A stretch of 64,000 bases of DNA. Source: an uncultured delta proteobacterium. Lineage in GTDB: Bacteria; Desulfobacterota; RBG-13-43-22. Below, in pieces: positions 42,369 through 52,593 of this stretch (its first letter is position 1; every line of letters begins with the position of its first letter). The notes below the pieces were generated by a model. That model was not told the origin of the DNA. It saw nothing but the letters and a program-made list of their open reading frames with translations, and ran no database searches. The stretch lies in assembly GCA_963843145.1 (NCBI GenBank), contig CAWJJC010000027.1, positions 320,001 to 384,000 of the forward strand, given 5' to 3'. The position numbers and the translations under genes were made by a program.

Positions 42369-42773
42369 GGAGTTATTATCTTCCCCTAATGCGGCGCGAT
42401 TGTCAATACACCGCGGATGTCTCCCGGAGGCGGCGCGATTTGCTGATATCAGGGAGCGTCTGGCCCCTTGGATCATGACGCTTTTCACAGGGTGAGTGCC
42501 CAGGCGGTGGGGTTTTGGTATCCGGCGAAGAAAAATAAATTGTCAAGGCAATAGTTAACTCTTATAATTGGATACAAAATTTCTGTGAAGGTGTGTAAGA
42601 CCAAGGGTCGTCAATCCTGAGACAATTGGTTTCTTTTCCTCTCCAGAATCCTGGGTTGAAGGTGTTCTTAGCCGGCCGGGAAACAGGGCCGGGTGGAGCA
42701 AACAAAAGGGTGGTTTCTTTTTAGGTCGGCGATCTGAACGAGCAGGTCCTAACGCAGTTGACGAGGGATAGGA

Positions 42774-45251
42774 ATGAGTGATTATCGACTTTCCGATCTG
42801 CTTGATTTAAGTACCATCCAGAAGATGGCTGATGCGCATTACCGCGCGTCGGGCATGCCGATCGGCATCATTGATGCCATCGATGGTTCGATCTTGGTTA
42901 GGTCCGGCTGGCAGGATATCTGTGTCAAATTTCACCGGGCCCATCCGGTTTCACTTCAGCGCTGCCAGGAGAGTGACCGTTACCTTAAGGACCACCTGGT
43001 CGAAGGCGAGGTCTGTCGGTACAAATGCAAAAACGGGCTCTGGGATATCGGCCTGCCGATTGTGGCCGCCGGACGTCATTTGGCCAGCATGTTCCTGGGG
43101 CAATTTTTTTATGAAGGAGAGGAGGCGGATCGAGAGTTCTTCTCTCAATTGGCGCATGAGTTTGGTTTCGAGGTTAACGACTATCTCGCGGCGCTCGATC
43201 GGGTGCCGGTCTTCAACCGCGAAAAAGTCGATTACATCCTTGAATATAACCGGGCGCTGGTGAAGTTTATCGCTGACCTCGCAGAGAACTCGCTCGCAAA
43301 AATCAAAGCGGACGAAACAATCCGCACCGAGCGCCAGCGGTCGGAGGAGGAGGTCAAGCGGCAGACCGAATTTCTCCAGCTCCTGATTGACACCATGCCC
43401 TACCCGATCTTTTACAAGGATAGTCAGGGCCGGTATCTCGGGTGCAATCGCGCCTTTGAGCAGTTCTATGGGCTATTGAGAAAACAGATCGTCGGCAAGA
43501 CGGTTTACGAGCTGGCCCCGAAGGACCTGGCCGACGCCTACTGCCGGGCCGACGAGGAGCTTTTCTCGCATCCGGGAACGCAGATATACGAAAGTTGTAT
43601 CCAAGATGCTAACGGAGTTCGACACGAGGTCATCTTCCATAAGGCCGCGATTGAGGGACCGGATGGAACGCTGATAGGTATCATCGGCGGGTTAACGGAC
43701 ATCACCGCGCGCAAACGGGCAGAGAGTGCCTTGAGAGAGAGCGAAGCCAAAATACGCAGCATTCTGGATAACATCGGAATCGGCGTGGCCCTTATCAGCC
43801 CCGAGATGGAGATCCTCGACCTGAACCGCCAGATGCGCGAGTGGTTTCCAAACGTCGATCCCGGTCAACGCCCCATCTGTTACCGCTCCTTCAACGACCC
43901 GCCGCGCGAGGAGGTCTGTGACTACTGCCCGACCCGTAAGACCCTCCAGGATGGTTTGGTCCACGAAGCCACGGTGCAAACACCGCGGGCAGGACTCGTC
44001 CGCAATTACCGCATCGTGGCTTCTCCGATCTTTAATGCCTTGGGCGAGGTTACGGCGGCGATCGAGATGGTCGAAGACATCACCGAGAAACTTTCCCTGG
44101 AGTCCCAGATCCGGCAGGCCCAGAAGATGGAGGCCGTCGGCCGGCTGGCAGGCGGCGTGGCCCATGATTTCAACAACATACTCAGCGTGATTCTCGGTTA
44201 TACGGAAATGGCCCTGGGCAAGGTGGACCCGGCCCATCCGCTTCATGCCGACCTCATGGAAATCCTAAATGCCGCCAGGCGTTCCGCGGCCATTATCCGG
44301 CAATTGCTGGCCTTTGCCCGCAAACAGACGATCGACCCCCAGGTGCTCGACCTGAACGAGACGGTGGAGGGCATGCTCAAGATGCTCCGGCGGCTGATCG
44401 GCGAGGACATCGATCTTGTCTGGCTGCCGGCCTCCGGCTTGTGGCCGGTCAAGATGGACCCCACCCAGGTCGAACAGATCCTGGCCAATCTCTGCGTCAA
44501 CGCCCGGGACGCCATTGCCGAAGTCGGCGAGGTCACCATCGAAACGGGAAACATCGTCCTGGACCAGTCCTACTGCGCCGATCATCCGGGTTTTTTGCCG
44601 GGAGAGTATGTGCTGCTGGCCGTTAGCGACAACGGTTGCGGCATGGATAAGGAAACCCTCGGCCAGATTTTTGAACCGTTTTTTACTACCCAGGAGGTGG
44701 GGCAGGGAACCGGTCTGGGGCTGGCCACGGTTTACGGCATCGTCAAGCAGAACAACGGGTTCATCAACGTCTATAGCGAACCGGGGAAAGGAACAACCTT
44801 TAAAGTTTACCTGGCCCGGCACGCGGGCCAGCCCACCGATATCCTGGAGGAAAGCGAGGGCGCGCTCCCTTTAAGCCAAGGCCAGACCGTGCTGGTGGTG
44901 GAGGACGAGGTCTCGCTGCTGAAGCTTACCCGCGAGATCCTCGGCAGGCTGGGCTATCGCGTGCTGACCGCGGGCGCACCGGGGGAGGCCCTGCGTTTGG
45001 TTGAGGAATACACCGGGGAGATTCACCTCCTGATCGCCGACGTTATCCTGCCCGAAATGAACGGCCGGGACTTGGCGGAACAAATTAAAAAGGTCCGGCC
45101 GACGATGAAATGCCTGTTCATGTCCGGCTACACCGCTGAAGTGATCGCCCACCGAGGCATGCTCGACGAGGGCGTACAGTTCATCCCCAAGCCCTTCTCG
45201 GTGAGGGACCTGGCTGCCAAAGTCCGAAAGCTACTGGAAAAAAATGAGTGA
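42774..45251 (+). CDS. PocR-PAS-PAS hybrid histidine kinase with C-terminal receiver
   Basis: [17 protein letters not shown] PocR motif, AHDFNN, NARDA, GTGLGL, REC domain with MSGY. Confidence 0.95.
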   Translation: MSDYRLSDLLDLSTIQKMADAHYRASGMPIGIIDAIDGSILVRSGWQDICVKFHRAHPVSLQRCQESDRYLKDHLVEGEVCRYKCKNGLWDIGLPIVAAGRHLASMFLGQFFYEGEEADREFFSQLAHEFGFEVNDYLAALDRVPVFNREKVDYILEYNRALVKFIADLAENSLAKIKADETIRTERQRSEEEVKRQTEFLQLLIDTMPYPIFYKDSQGRYLGCNRAFEQFYGLLRKQIVGKTVYELAPKDLADAYCRADEELFSHPGTQIYESCIQDANGVRHEVIFHKAAIEGPDGTLIGIIGGLTDITARKRAESALRESEAKIRSILDNIGIGVALISPEMEILDLNRQMREWFPNVDPGQRPICYRSFNDPPREEVCDYCPTRKTLQDGLVHEATVQTPRAGLVRNYRIVASPIFNALGEVTAAIEMVEDITEKLSLESQIRQAQKMEAVGRLAGGVAHDFNNILSVILGYTEMALGKVDPAHPLHADLMEILNAARRSAAIIRQLLAFARKQTIDPQVLDLNETVEGMLKMLRRLIGEDIDLVWLPASGLWPVKMDPTQVEQILANLCVNARDAIAEVGEVTIETGNIVLDQSYCADHPGFLPGEYVLLAVSDNGCGMDKETLGQIFEPFFTTQEVGQGTGLGLATVYGIVKQNNGFINVYSEPGKGTTFKVYLARHAGQPTDILEESEGALPLSQGQTVLVVEDEVSLLKLTREILGRLGYRVLTAGAPGEALRLVEEYTGEIHLLIADVILPEMNGRDLAEQIKKVRPTMKCLFMSGYTAEVIAHRGMLDEGVQFIPKPFSVRDLAAKVRKLLEKNE

Positions 45252-45430
45252 CCCCGGAAATCAGGAGGGAAATCTGCTGGGCAGAGTGGACGACATCGCA
45301 GAACGCAAGCGAGCCGAGGCGGTCTCGGACCAGCGCGCCCGGGAACTGGCAGCGCTCCAGGCCCTGGGTCTCGCGGTCAGTGCTTCCCTCTCGCTGAAGC
45401 AAATCTCGACGGAAGTGAATCCATCGAGCC
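45244..45430 (+). pseudogene. Remnant of a PAS-GAF linker from another signalling gene
   Basis: DDIAERKRAE...RARELAALQALGLAVSASLSLKQI, then runs into the convergent AOR gene. Confidence 0.55.
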
Positions 45431-45431
45431 C

Positions 45432-47282
45432 TTATAAGCCCAGCGCTTCCAGTCGGCGCCGGGTGGGAACGCCGGTCTCGCGGTCCCAGCCCTGTTCGTC
45501 GTAATAATCCCCCACCATCTGCTCCAGGGCTTCTCGGGTGACCGGGACGTCGGTCAGGTAATCCCGAAAACCTTCGGCCCCGAACCATTGCTCCGGAAAA
45601 CCGTCTTCCTTCCGGGAGAATCCCTCCCGAAGGTTGGCCAGCCGCAGCAGGGTCCAGACCCGGTCGGCTCCTTGCCGCAGTGCTTCCAGATCGGTAGCCA
45701 GGCCGGTCACCGCCCGATACAGATCGGCACAAAGGGCGGCGCTGTAGAAACGGTTGACTTGCCCCCGAGCGCAAAGTCCCAGGGACCCGAGGATGGCAAA
45801 CCAGCGGTGGGAATATTTGAGCAGGCGGCCGATCCGGAGGTCCGGTGTTTGATCCGCCTGGCCCAGTCCGGGAAGAATGCGCCCGATGGCCTCCTCCGGC
45901 GCACCCATCCGGTCGAGATGAGAGGGGAAGGCCTCCAGCGGACGTCGGGCGAAATAGGTCGGCGAACCACTAGCGCCCACATGCGGGCCCCGGGGATCCA
46001 ACACCTGCCCGAGTTCCTGAGTCCCGAAAAGGTTCCAGATCATCGGTCCCTGGGGACCGATGTAGGGCTGCATCCCCTTGATCAGCGGCGGGGCGAACCG
46101 CCGGGCCGCTTCCCCGAATTCAGCCACTATCCCCCGAAACCCTTTCCCCAAAATCTTTCCCAGGCCCTCCCTCCGGCTGATTTTCCCGGCCCAAGCCTCC
46201 AGGGAAGCCAATGAGCCCATCCGGATTTCCGGTTCAGCCTGCTCGGCAGGAATGCCCCCTTCCTCTACCAGCTTCCCGGCCAGGGCCAGCACCCCGAAAA
46301 ATTCGAACATGTCCAGCCCATAATCGTCCAGGGTGGTGACGCACTTGACGGCCTCCGCCCGATCCCGAAAACCGTAGATCAGCGGCGTGGCCAGGTTAGC
46401 CGCCGAAGTGGAGCAGAACCGCTGCCCTTGAAACGCACCCTCCTGAAATTCGATCACCTCCTTGTCGCCGATGGGGCAGGAGACGCAGGCCACCCGTCTC
46501 TTCTTGATTCGGAGATAATCTTCTTTGGGCATAAGAGGCAGGGCCTTTAAGAGCCCGAGTTCCTGCCATTCTTTCAACTGGGGATAGTTGCGGATCCGGG
46601 TCAGCAGCTTTTCGTTCAACTCCCGGTACCGTTTCGGATCGGCTACCCGGATGCCCTGGGTTCCCCGGACCCGGATGGCTTTGAGGTTTTTAGACCCCAT
46701 TACCGCGCCGAACCCGCCCCGGCCCAGGGTAGCCAGGTTATCGATCGAGGCCATGGAAAAAACCACCCCGTTTTCCCCACCCGGCCCGATGGCGATGATC
46801 CCGGCGGAACGGCCTTCCCTTTCCCAAAGGGTCTCGCAGGTCTCGGCGATCCCCCGGCCCCACAAGAAGGCGGCCTCTTGGATTTCGACCCGATCGTCCT
46901 CGATGTTCAACCAGACCGGCCGATCGGCCCGTCCCTCGATAATCAAATGATCGAATCCCGAGTTTTTCAGGTTACAGCCCCAGCGCCCCCCTCCCCCACC
47001 GCACCAGCCGATCGTTCCGCTGGTCGGAAATTTGGTGATGCCGTAGACCCGGGAACTGGCAGGGATGCTGGTTCCCACCAGGGGTCCGGCCCCCAAGACC
47101 AGGGGGTTGTCCGGGGAAAGCGGATCCGTACCGGGTTTGATCCGGTCACAGGCCAGCTTGACGCACAAGCCCAGGCCGCCAATAAACTTTTCGGCCAGGC
47201 CGGCGTCCAACGGCAAGATTTCCGACTCTCTCCGGGTCAAGTCCACCCGGAGGACCCGGCCGGCGAATCCCCCCAGCTTCAT
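45432..47282 (-). CDS. Aldehyde:ferredoxin oxidoreductase family protein (W/Mo-pterin)
   Basis: GRVLRVDLT, IGGLG, IGPGGEN, GRGGFGAVMGSKNLKAI, YYDEQGWD..TGVP. Start reassigned to MKLGG. Confidence 0.92.
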   Translation of the reverse strand: MKLGGFAGRVLRVDLTRRESEILPLDAGLAEKFIGGLGLCVKLACDRIKPGTDPLSPDNPLVLGAGPLVGTSIPASSRVYGITKFPTSGTIGWCGGGGGRWGCNLKNSGFDHLIIEGRADRPVWLNIEDDRVEIQEAAFLWGRGIAETCETLWEREGRSAGIIAIGPGGENGVVFSMASIDNLATLGRGGFGAVMGSKNLKAIRVRGTQGIRVADPKRYRELNEKLLTRIRNYPQLKEWQELGLLKALPLMPKEDYLRIKKRRVACVSCPIGDKEVIEFQEGAFQGQRFCSTSAANLATPLIYGFRDRAEAVKCVTTLDDYGLDMFEFFGVLALAGKLVEEGGIPAEQAEPEIRMGSLASLEAWAGKISRREGLGKILGKGFRGIVAEFGEAARRFAPPLIKGMQPYIGPQGPMIWNLFGTQELGQVLDPRGPHVGASGSPTYFARRPLEAFPSHLDRMGAPEEAIGRILPGLGQADQTPDLRIGRLLKYSHRWFAILGSLGLCARGQVNRFYSAALCADLYRAVTGLATDLEALRQGADRVWTLLRLANLREGFSRKEDGFPEQWFGAEGFRDYLTDVPVTREALEQMVGDYYDEQGWDRETGVPTRRRLEALGL

Positions 47283-47518
47283 GGTTCGACCTCCAGCGGC
47301 TTTTTCTCGAGGGCCTGGTAAAAACAATGGTCCACGCAGATCCCGCATTGGTTGCAATCCTCGCTAAAGGCAATGGTGCAATCGGCGCCGGAGAGCTCCA
47401 CCCGGATTCGGGCCGCCGAGGGGTTAAAGGCCCGGGTATAAACCTCCGAACAGGCCAATTGGCAGCGCAGGCACCCGGCGCACTTTTCGGGGAAAGTCGA
47501 TACCTGATATTTGGTCAT
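47279..47518 (-). CDS. 4Fe-4S dicluster ferredoxin-like protein
   Basis: CAGCLRCQLAC and CNQCGICVDHC; coupled to the AOR start. Confidence 0.92.
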   Translation of the reverse strand: MTKYQVSTFPEKCAGCLRCQLACSEVYTRAFNPSAARIRVELSGADCTIAFSEDCNQCGICVDHCFYQALEKKPLEVEP

Positions 47519-47884
47519 GGCGGGTCGGCTCTTTAACTGAAGTTCAATAATAGCTTTGGGTTCAGCCGCGGGACTTAATTCCTGGAATGCTGATGTCAGA
47601 ATCTATTTATGGACCATTCGGATCGAAAAATCAAGATAGCAATCTGTCAATCCAGGATTTGACATTTTTGATGATTTGTTTGGGCTAGATTTTTACATCA
47701 TCGTTCTGAGAATTTGTCTCTAACAATGGATGTAAAAATCTAAAAATTCAATAATGGCTTTTAGCTCATCCGCGGAACCGAACCCAGGCCGTTGAATAGG
47801 TATCCGAATTAATAACGAAAATAAGTATATTGCTATTTCCGTCGCGCTGTTGATATAATTCTGCCACTAGAGACATTGCGATTT

Positions 47885-48070
47885 CTGGCGACAACCGATT
47901 GACTCACCGGCCTCTATAACAGAAGGCATTTCAATAAACTCGCCGAGGATGAGATCAGCAGGGCTCTCCGCTACTCACGTCCTCTGTCGGTTATGATGTT
48001 CGATATTGACTTCTTCAAGCGCGTCAACGATACCCTCGGGCATACTACCGGAGATACGGTGCTTAAAGGG
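47885..48070 (+). pseudogene. Diguanylate cyclase (GGDEF) N-terminal fragment
   Basis: LATTD*LTGLYNRRHF...VMMFDIDFFKRVNDTLGHTTGDTVLK, with an internal TGA at 47900 and truncation before the GGDEF motif. Confidence 0.88.
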
Positions 48071-48126
48071 AGAAGAATGCCCGACAGGGGAATCGAGGGC
48101 CATCGTCCTCACCCACTGAGGATCAA

Positions 48127-48729
48127 ATGGCTATGAAGGAAAGAGAAAAAAACGACCTGCTCCGGTCAGTGTTTGATGCGCTGCCCTCACTGGTTTTTGT
48201 AGTCGACCAAGACGTGAGGATTCAAGAGTACAATGCGGCAGCGGCCGATATTCTGATGGCCGGGAGAAAGACCGTCCTTAGACAGCGAGCCGGGGATATA
48301 TTACATTGTATACATTCGATTGAAGTGCCGGAGGGTTGCGGTAGATCTCCGGCCTGTAAGGACTGCGTTATCAGGAATTCCGTCCGGGAAGCCTTCCGGG
48401 GAAACCGTATTGGTCGCCGTCGCGCCAGATTGGAGTTCACCCGAGATACGAACAAAATAGAGTTTTACGCACTGATCACCGCTTCTCCCTTTTCCTTCCA
48501 GGATAGGCCGCTGGCGTTACTGGTGATTGAAGATATCAGCGAGATCGCCGAGCTTTATCGCCTGATACCTATTTGTTCCGTCTGCAAAAAAGTGCGCGAC
48601 GATAAGGAATCCTGGATGCGAGTCGAAACCTATTTCAGGAATAATTGGGGCGTCGACTTCACTCATGGTCTTTGTCCGGACTGCTATAAGAACGAGTTGG
48701 ACCAACTGAAGCAATTACCCAAAAAATAG
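48127..48729 (+). CDS. PAS domain protein with C-terminal Cys-motif domain
   Basis: VFDALP...YNAAA; C-terminal IPICSVCKKVRDD...W...FTHGLCPDC. Confidence 0.85.
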   Translation: MAMKEREKNDLLRSVFDALPSLVFVVDQDVRIQEYNAAAADILMAGRKTVLRQRAGDILHCIHSIEVPEGCGRSPACKDCVIRNSVREAFRGNRIGRRRARLEFTRDTNKIEFYALITASPFSFQDRPLALLVIEDISEIAELYRLIPICSVCKKVRDDKESWMRVETYFRNNWGVDFTHGLCPDCYKNELDQLKQLPKK

Positions 48730-48802
48730 CAAGGCACTCTAACAGACCCATACCAGCCACTTCGCAGAAAAATATGTGGAAGATAATTATAAAGGAGCGA
48801 CC

Positions 48803-49852
48803 ATGAATTTCGAGACGATCGTCAAAGAAACCGTTATATCCGACCCTCAAAAGGATGGGACCGAACGGCGTATCCCCAGTGAAATCCGCACCGATCCCCT
48901 GACCGGGCGAACCGCCCGGATCTGCCATTTCATGAAGCTGCAATGGGAAAAGCCCGATTTCGATACCCTGGTCGCGGGAACCGAAGCCTGGTGCCCGTTC
49001 TGCCCGGAAAAGGTATTGGAGGTGACCCCCTGCTTTCCCCGAGATCTCATCCCGGAAGGCCGCCTGCAAAAAAACGATATGGTGCTCTTCCCGAATATCG
49101 CCCCCTACGACAGCATCGGGGCCGTGGCCACCTTCGGCGCCCGCCATTATATCCCCATGACCGCTTTCGAGCCGGCGCAGATGGCGTCCACCTTCGCCTT
49201 TGCCTTGGAATTTTTCCGGCGGGTCGAGGCCAGCGGCCATCCCGAATCCGTCTACCACCTCATCAATTGGAATTACATGCCGCCGGCCGGAAGCACGCTC
49301 ATCCATCCTCACCTGCAGGTTTTCTCCTCCTCCTCCGCGCCCAACCTGATGCGTCAGGAGCTGGAGGCCTCAAAGCGTTACCAGGAGAATCACGGATCCA
49401 ACTACTGGGATGATCTGCTGACGGCCGAGAGGAAATCAGGCGAACGGTATTTGGGGAAAATAGGCCGAACCCACTGGACGACGGCCTTTGCCCCTATGGG
49501 CGTTGCCGGGGACGTGCTGGCGGTCGTGGAAGACGCCCGGAGCACGCTGGAACTTACCGATCAGGATCTTCTGGACATTGCCGCCGGCCTGACCAAGGTC
49601 ATGGCCGCCTACGACCGGATGGGAATTTACAGTTTCAACATGAACTTTTTCACCGGGACGAAAACCGACGCCCACTTCCGATTTCACCTGCTCTTCTCAC
49701 CTCGCACCTTTTTCAGCCAGAAATTGGGGACCCCGGACATCGGCGCCCTGCGCAACCTGTTTAATGAAACCCTGTGTATGGCCTATCCGGAGGAAATCAA
49801 CCAATTGCTGAAACCTTATTTTCTTGACACCACGCAGCCTGATTCACTATAA
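48803..49852 (+). CDS. GalT-like (HIT superfamily) nucleotidyltransferase
   Basis: EIRTDPLTG, CPFCP, FPN, GSTLIHPHLQ (HxHxQ). Confidence 0.85.
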   Translation: MNFETIVKETVISDPQKDGTERRIPSEIRTDPLTGRTARICHFMKLQWEKPDFDTLVAGTEAWCPFCPEKVLEVTPCFPRDLIPEGRLQKNDMVLFPNIAPYDSIGAVATFGARHYIPMTAFEPAQMASTFAFALEFFRRVEASGHPESVYHLINWNYMPPAGSTLIHPHLQVFSSSSAPNLMRQELEASKRYQENHGSNYWDDLLTAERKSGERYLGKIGRTHWTTAFAPMGVAGDVLAVVEDARSTLELTDQDLLDIAAGLTKVMAAYDRMGIYSFNMNFFTGTKTDAHFRFHLLFSPRTFFSQKLGTPDIGALRNLFNETLCMAYPEEINQLLKPYFLDTTQPDSL

Positions 49853-49924
49853 AATTAAACAGAATACGGCAGCCATTGGAAGGATTAAAAAAATACTCAA
49901 AAAAGAGGCTATTCTAAATACTCC

Positions 49925-51058
49925 GTGCCCGACCATCAACTCCTAGCAAAAATCCAGGCTGAAATCGAAGCCTTCACCTCCAGAGACTATAAGGACCTGG
50001 GGGCCGCATTGCCCGCCAATCGGCCCGCCATCGGCACCTTCTGCCCCTTCGTTCCGGAAGAAATGATTCTGGCCGGCGGCGGCCATCCCTTCCGCCTGGT
50101 GGATACCCCGGTCAAAATCAACCAGGCCCAGGCCTTTCTTCCGGCTTACTGCTGCCATCCGGTTAAATCCTATTTGCAGCATTTGTTGGCCGGAGACTTG
50201 GATTTCCTGAAAGGGGTGGTCTTTTCTCATAGCTGCGACGCCCATAAGGGTCTCTCTGAAATCTGGATCAGACAGGGGCGCCTTCCTTTTCATTATAACT
50301 TGATGATCCCTACCCGGCTGGATTCCCCCCTGGCCCGCACTTTTCTGCGAGCGGAGTTCGATTGCTTTCGGACGGAACTGGAAAAGCATCTGGGACCGAT
50401 TTCGGACGCCAAAATTAAAGAAGCCCTGGCCCTCTCTAAGGCTATTCGCGATCAACTGGCCGGGTTGTATACGCTCCGGTCAAACTATTGGCATGAACTT
50501 CCGGCGGATTTTTTCGCCCGGCTGATACGGGCCGGTTTCTGGATGGATCGAGAAGCCTACCTCCGGCTTCTTAATGACCTCACCGAAGCGCTCCCGGAAA
50601 CTCCCGAGTCCGGCACGCGGCCGATCCCGGTTTTTGTCACCGGGAACATGAACCACGAACCTTACTGGCAGACACTTATTGAAGACAGCGGGGCCCAAAT
50701 CGTCTGGGACGACCTGTGCAGCGGGGCCCGGACCTTTCGACTGAAATCCTCGGATTTCGACGATCCCCTGGACACCCTGACCGACCGCTACTTCAGCAGC
50801 TTCTTCTGCCCCACCAAATACTACGGTCCCCAGGCCCGGCAAGAAACCCTGGCTCAGGAAGTGAAAAGCTCCGGAGCCCAAGGGGTTATTTTTTTACTCT
50901 ATAAATATTGTGAGCCCCACTTTTTTGATTATCCGGACCTGAAAACTTTTTTTGAGGCGCAGGGGATTCCCACCTTGCTGCTCGAAGTCGAGGACCCCTC
51001 GCAATCCCGGGAACAGAATAAAATTCGGATTCAGGCCTTTGTGGAGATGCTGGGATAA
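49925..51058 (+). CDS. 2-hydroxyacyl-CoA dehydratase / benzoyl-CoA reductase family subunit (HgdB/BcrC-like)
   Basis: FCPFVPEE, HSCD, DDLCSG, KYCEPH, RIQAFVEML. Confidence 0.88.
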   Translation: MPDHQLLAKIQAEIEAFTSRDYKDLGAALPANRPAIGTFCPFVPEEMILAGGGHPFRLVDTPVKINQAQAFLPAYCCHPVKSYLQHLLAGDLDFLKGVVFSHSCDAHKGLSEIWIRQGRLPFHYNLMIPTRLDSPLARTFLRAEFDCFRTELEKHLGPISDAKIKEALALSKAIRDQLAGLYTLRSNYWHELPADFFARLIRAGFWMDREAYLRLLNDLTEALPETPESGTRPIPVFVTGNMNHEPYWQTLIEDSGAQIVWDDLCSGARTFRLKSSDFDDPLDTLTDRYFSSFFCPTKYYGPQARQETLAQEVKSSGAQGVIFLLYKYCEPHFFDYPDLKTFFEAQGIPTLLLEVEDPSQSREQNKIRIQAFVEMLG

Positions 51059-51063
51059 GACCA

Positions 51064-51142
51064 GGGGCGCGAGGCGCTGAGCGCGGGGCGAAAAACGCGG
51101 GGCGCAAAGCGCAAAGGGCATAGAGCAGAGGGCCATTGGCAT
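51064..51142. repeat. Heptamer tandem repeat (NNNGCGC / AGAGGGC type)
   Basis: ggggcgc gaggcgc tgagcgc ggggcga aaaacgc ggggcgc aaagcgc aaagggc atagagc agagggc cattggc. Confidence 0.85.
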
Positions 51143-51151
51143 AAAAAGACC

Positions 51152-52378
51152 ATGACGGAACAATCCAAAGAATCGAAGAACTATCGCGAAATCAAGTCCG
51201 TTTCGGCCTATCGGCGGCTGATGAAGGGCTATTACCTGATCGCCAAAAATCCGCGCTGGTTCGGCAAAAAGGTGGCCTGGATCACCAGCGGCGGGCCGGT
51301 GGAACCTCTGTACGCCATGGGGGTCCTGCCCTTTTATCCTGAAAATTACGGGGCCATGTGCGGGGCCAGCCGGACGGCGGTGGGCCTCTGTGAAATCGCC
51401 GAGCAGCAGGGCTACTCCCGCGACCTTTGTTCCTATGCTCGCTGCGATATCGGCAGTTCCTTAAGCGGCCAAGGGCCTTTGGGCGCCCTGCCCCGGCCCG
51501 ACTTCTTAGTATGCGGAAACAATATTTGCGGGACCGTCATTAAATGGTATGAAATCCAGGCCCGCAAATACCAGGTTCCGCTATTTTTCTTGGACACCCC
51601 CTTCATCCACGACGAAATACCGGACCATGCCTTAACCTTCGTCCAGGACCAATTGAAGGAATTCGTCGTCTTCCTGGAAACCCACCTGAAGAAATCGTTC
51701 TCCGTAAAACGCTTTGAAAGGGTTTCCGCCCGGTCGTTGGAGGCCATCACCCTTTGGAAGGATATCCTGGACCTCTCCCGCCATCGCCCGGCCCCCTTTG
51801 CCGCCTTCGACGCCTTTATCCATATGGCCCCGATCGTTACCCTGCGGGGGACCCGCTGGGCCGTCGCTTACTACCAAAAGCTCAAAAAAGAACTGGAAGA
51901 AAGGGTCCGCCGAGGAGAAGGGGCCTTCGCCCGGGAAGAGATCCGGCTGATTTGGGATAATATTCCCATCTGGTATGACATCCGGAATCTGTCCAAAATG
52001 CTCTCCAGCCAGGGAGCGGTCCTGGTGGCCGACACCTATACCTCGGCCTGGACCTTAAAAGGGTTGGACCTGGAACGGCCTCTGGAAAGTCTGGCTCGCA
52101 CCTATGCCACCGTTCACTTGAACCTGGGCTTGGACCATAAGATTCGTAAAATGGCTGCCTTGCTACAAGACTATCAGGCGGACGGCTTTATCATGCATTC
52201 CAACCGCAGTTGCAAAACCTACTCCCTGGGGCAATTCGATATCAAACGAAAGGTCTCGGAGATTACCGGCAAACCCGGTTTGATCATCGAAGCCGACCAC
52301 ACCGATGCTCGAAGCTATGCCCCCCAGCAGACGGAAAATCAGATTCAGACCTTCATGGAAATGGTTAAAAAGAATTGA
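51152..52378 (+). CDS. 2-hydroxyacyl-CoA dehydratase / benzoyl-CoA reductase family subunit (HgdA/BcrB-like)
   Basis: YPENY, GYSRDLCSYAR, NNICGTVIKWYE, HSNRSCK. Confidence 0.9.
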   Translation: MTEQSKESKNYREIKSVSAYRRLMKGYYLIAKNPRWFGKKVAWITSGGPVEPLYAMGVLPFYPENYGAMCGASRTAVGLCEIAEQQGYSRDLCSYARCDIGSSLSGQGPLGALPRPDFLVCGNNICGTVIKWYEIQARKYQVPLFFLDTPFIHDEIPDHALTFVQDQLKEFVVFLETHLKKSFSVKRFERVSARSLEAITLWKDILDLSRHRPAPFAAFDAFIHMAPIVTLRGTRWAVAYYQKLKKELEERVRRGEGAFAREEIRLIWDNIPIWYDIRNLSKMLSSQGAVLVADTYTSAWTLKGLDLERPLESLARTYATVHLNLGLDHKIRKMAALLQDYQADGFIMHSNRSCKTYSLGQFDIKRKVSEITGKPGLIIEADHTDARSYAPQQTENQIQTFMEMVKKN

Positions 52379-52593
52379 CAGACCAAGGGACGGTTGGTAT
52401 TTAGTTAGAAGTCTTGGCCTTGGATTAAGCCAGGAAATCTGATCTCGCACTATTTCAGCCAAACATTGTTGGGGCACCCCTCCGCGGTTGCCCGCTCCAA
52501 AGAAGGGAGGGATGATTAAAACACGCCTGAGCCTCTTTCAAAAGTACTTAGTCGTTAATCATCATTAACCCCAATCCATTTAAGGAGAAAAAT

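Noticed and set aside
42490-42773. Riboswitch upstream of the PocR kinase
   Set aside because: No recognisable c-di-GMP or other aptamer consensus, and no terminator.
47897-47905. In-frame TGA as selenocysteine, since selB is present
   Set aside because: It falls at a variable non-Cys position (TDxLTG) of a start-less, truncated GGDEF fragment, so a nonsense mutation is more likely.
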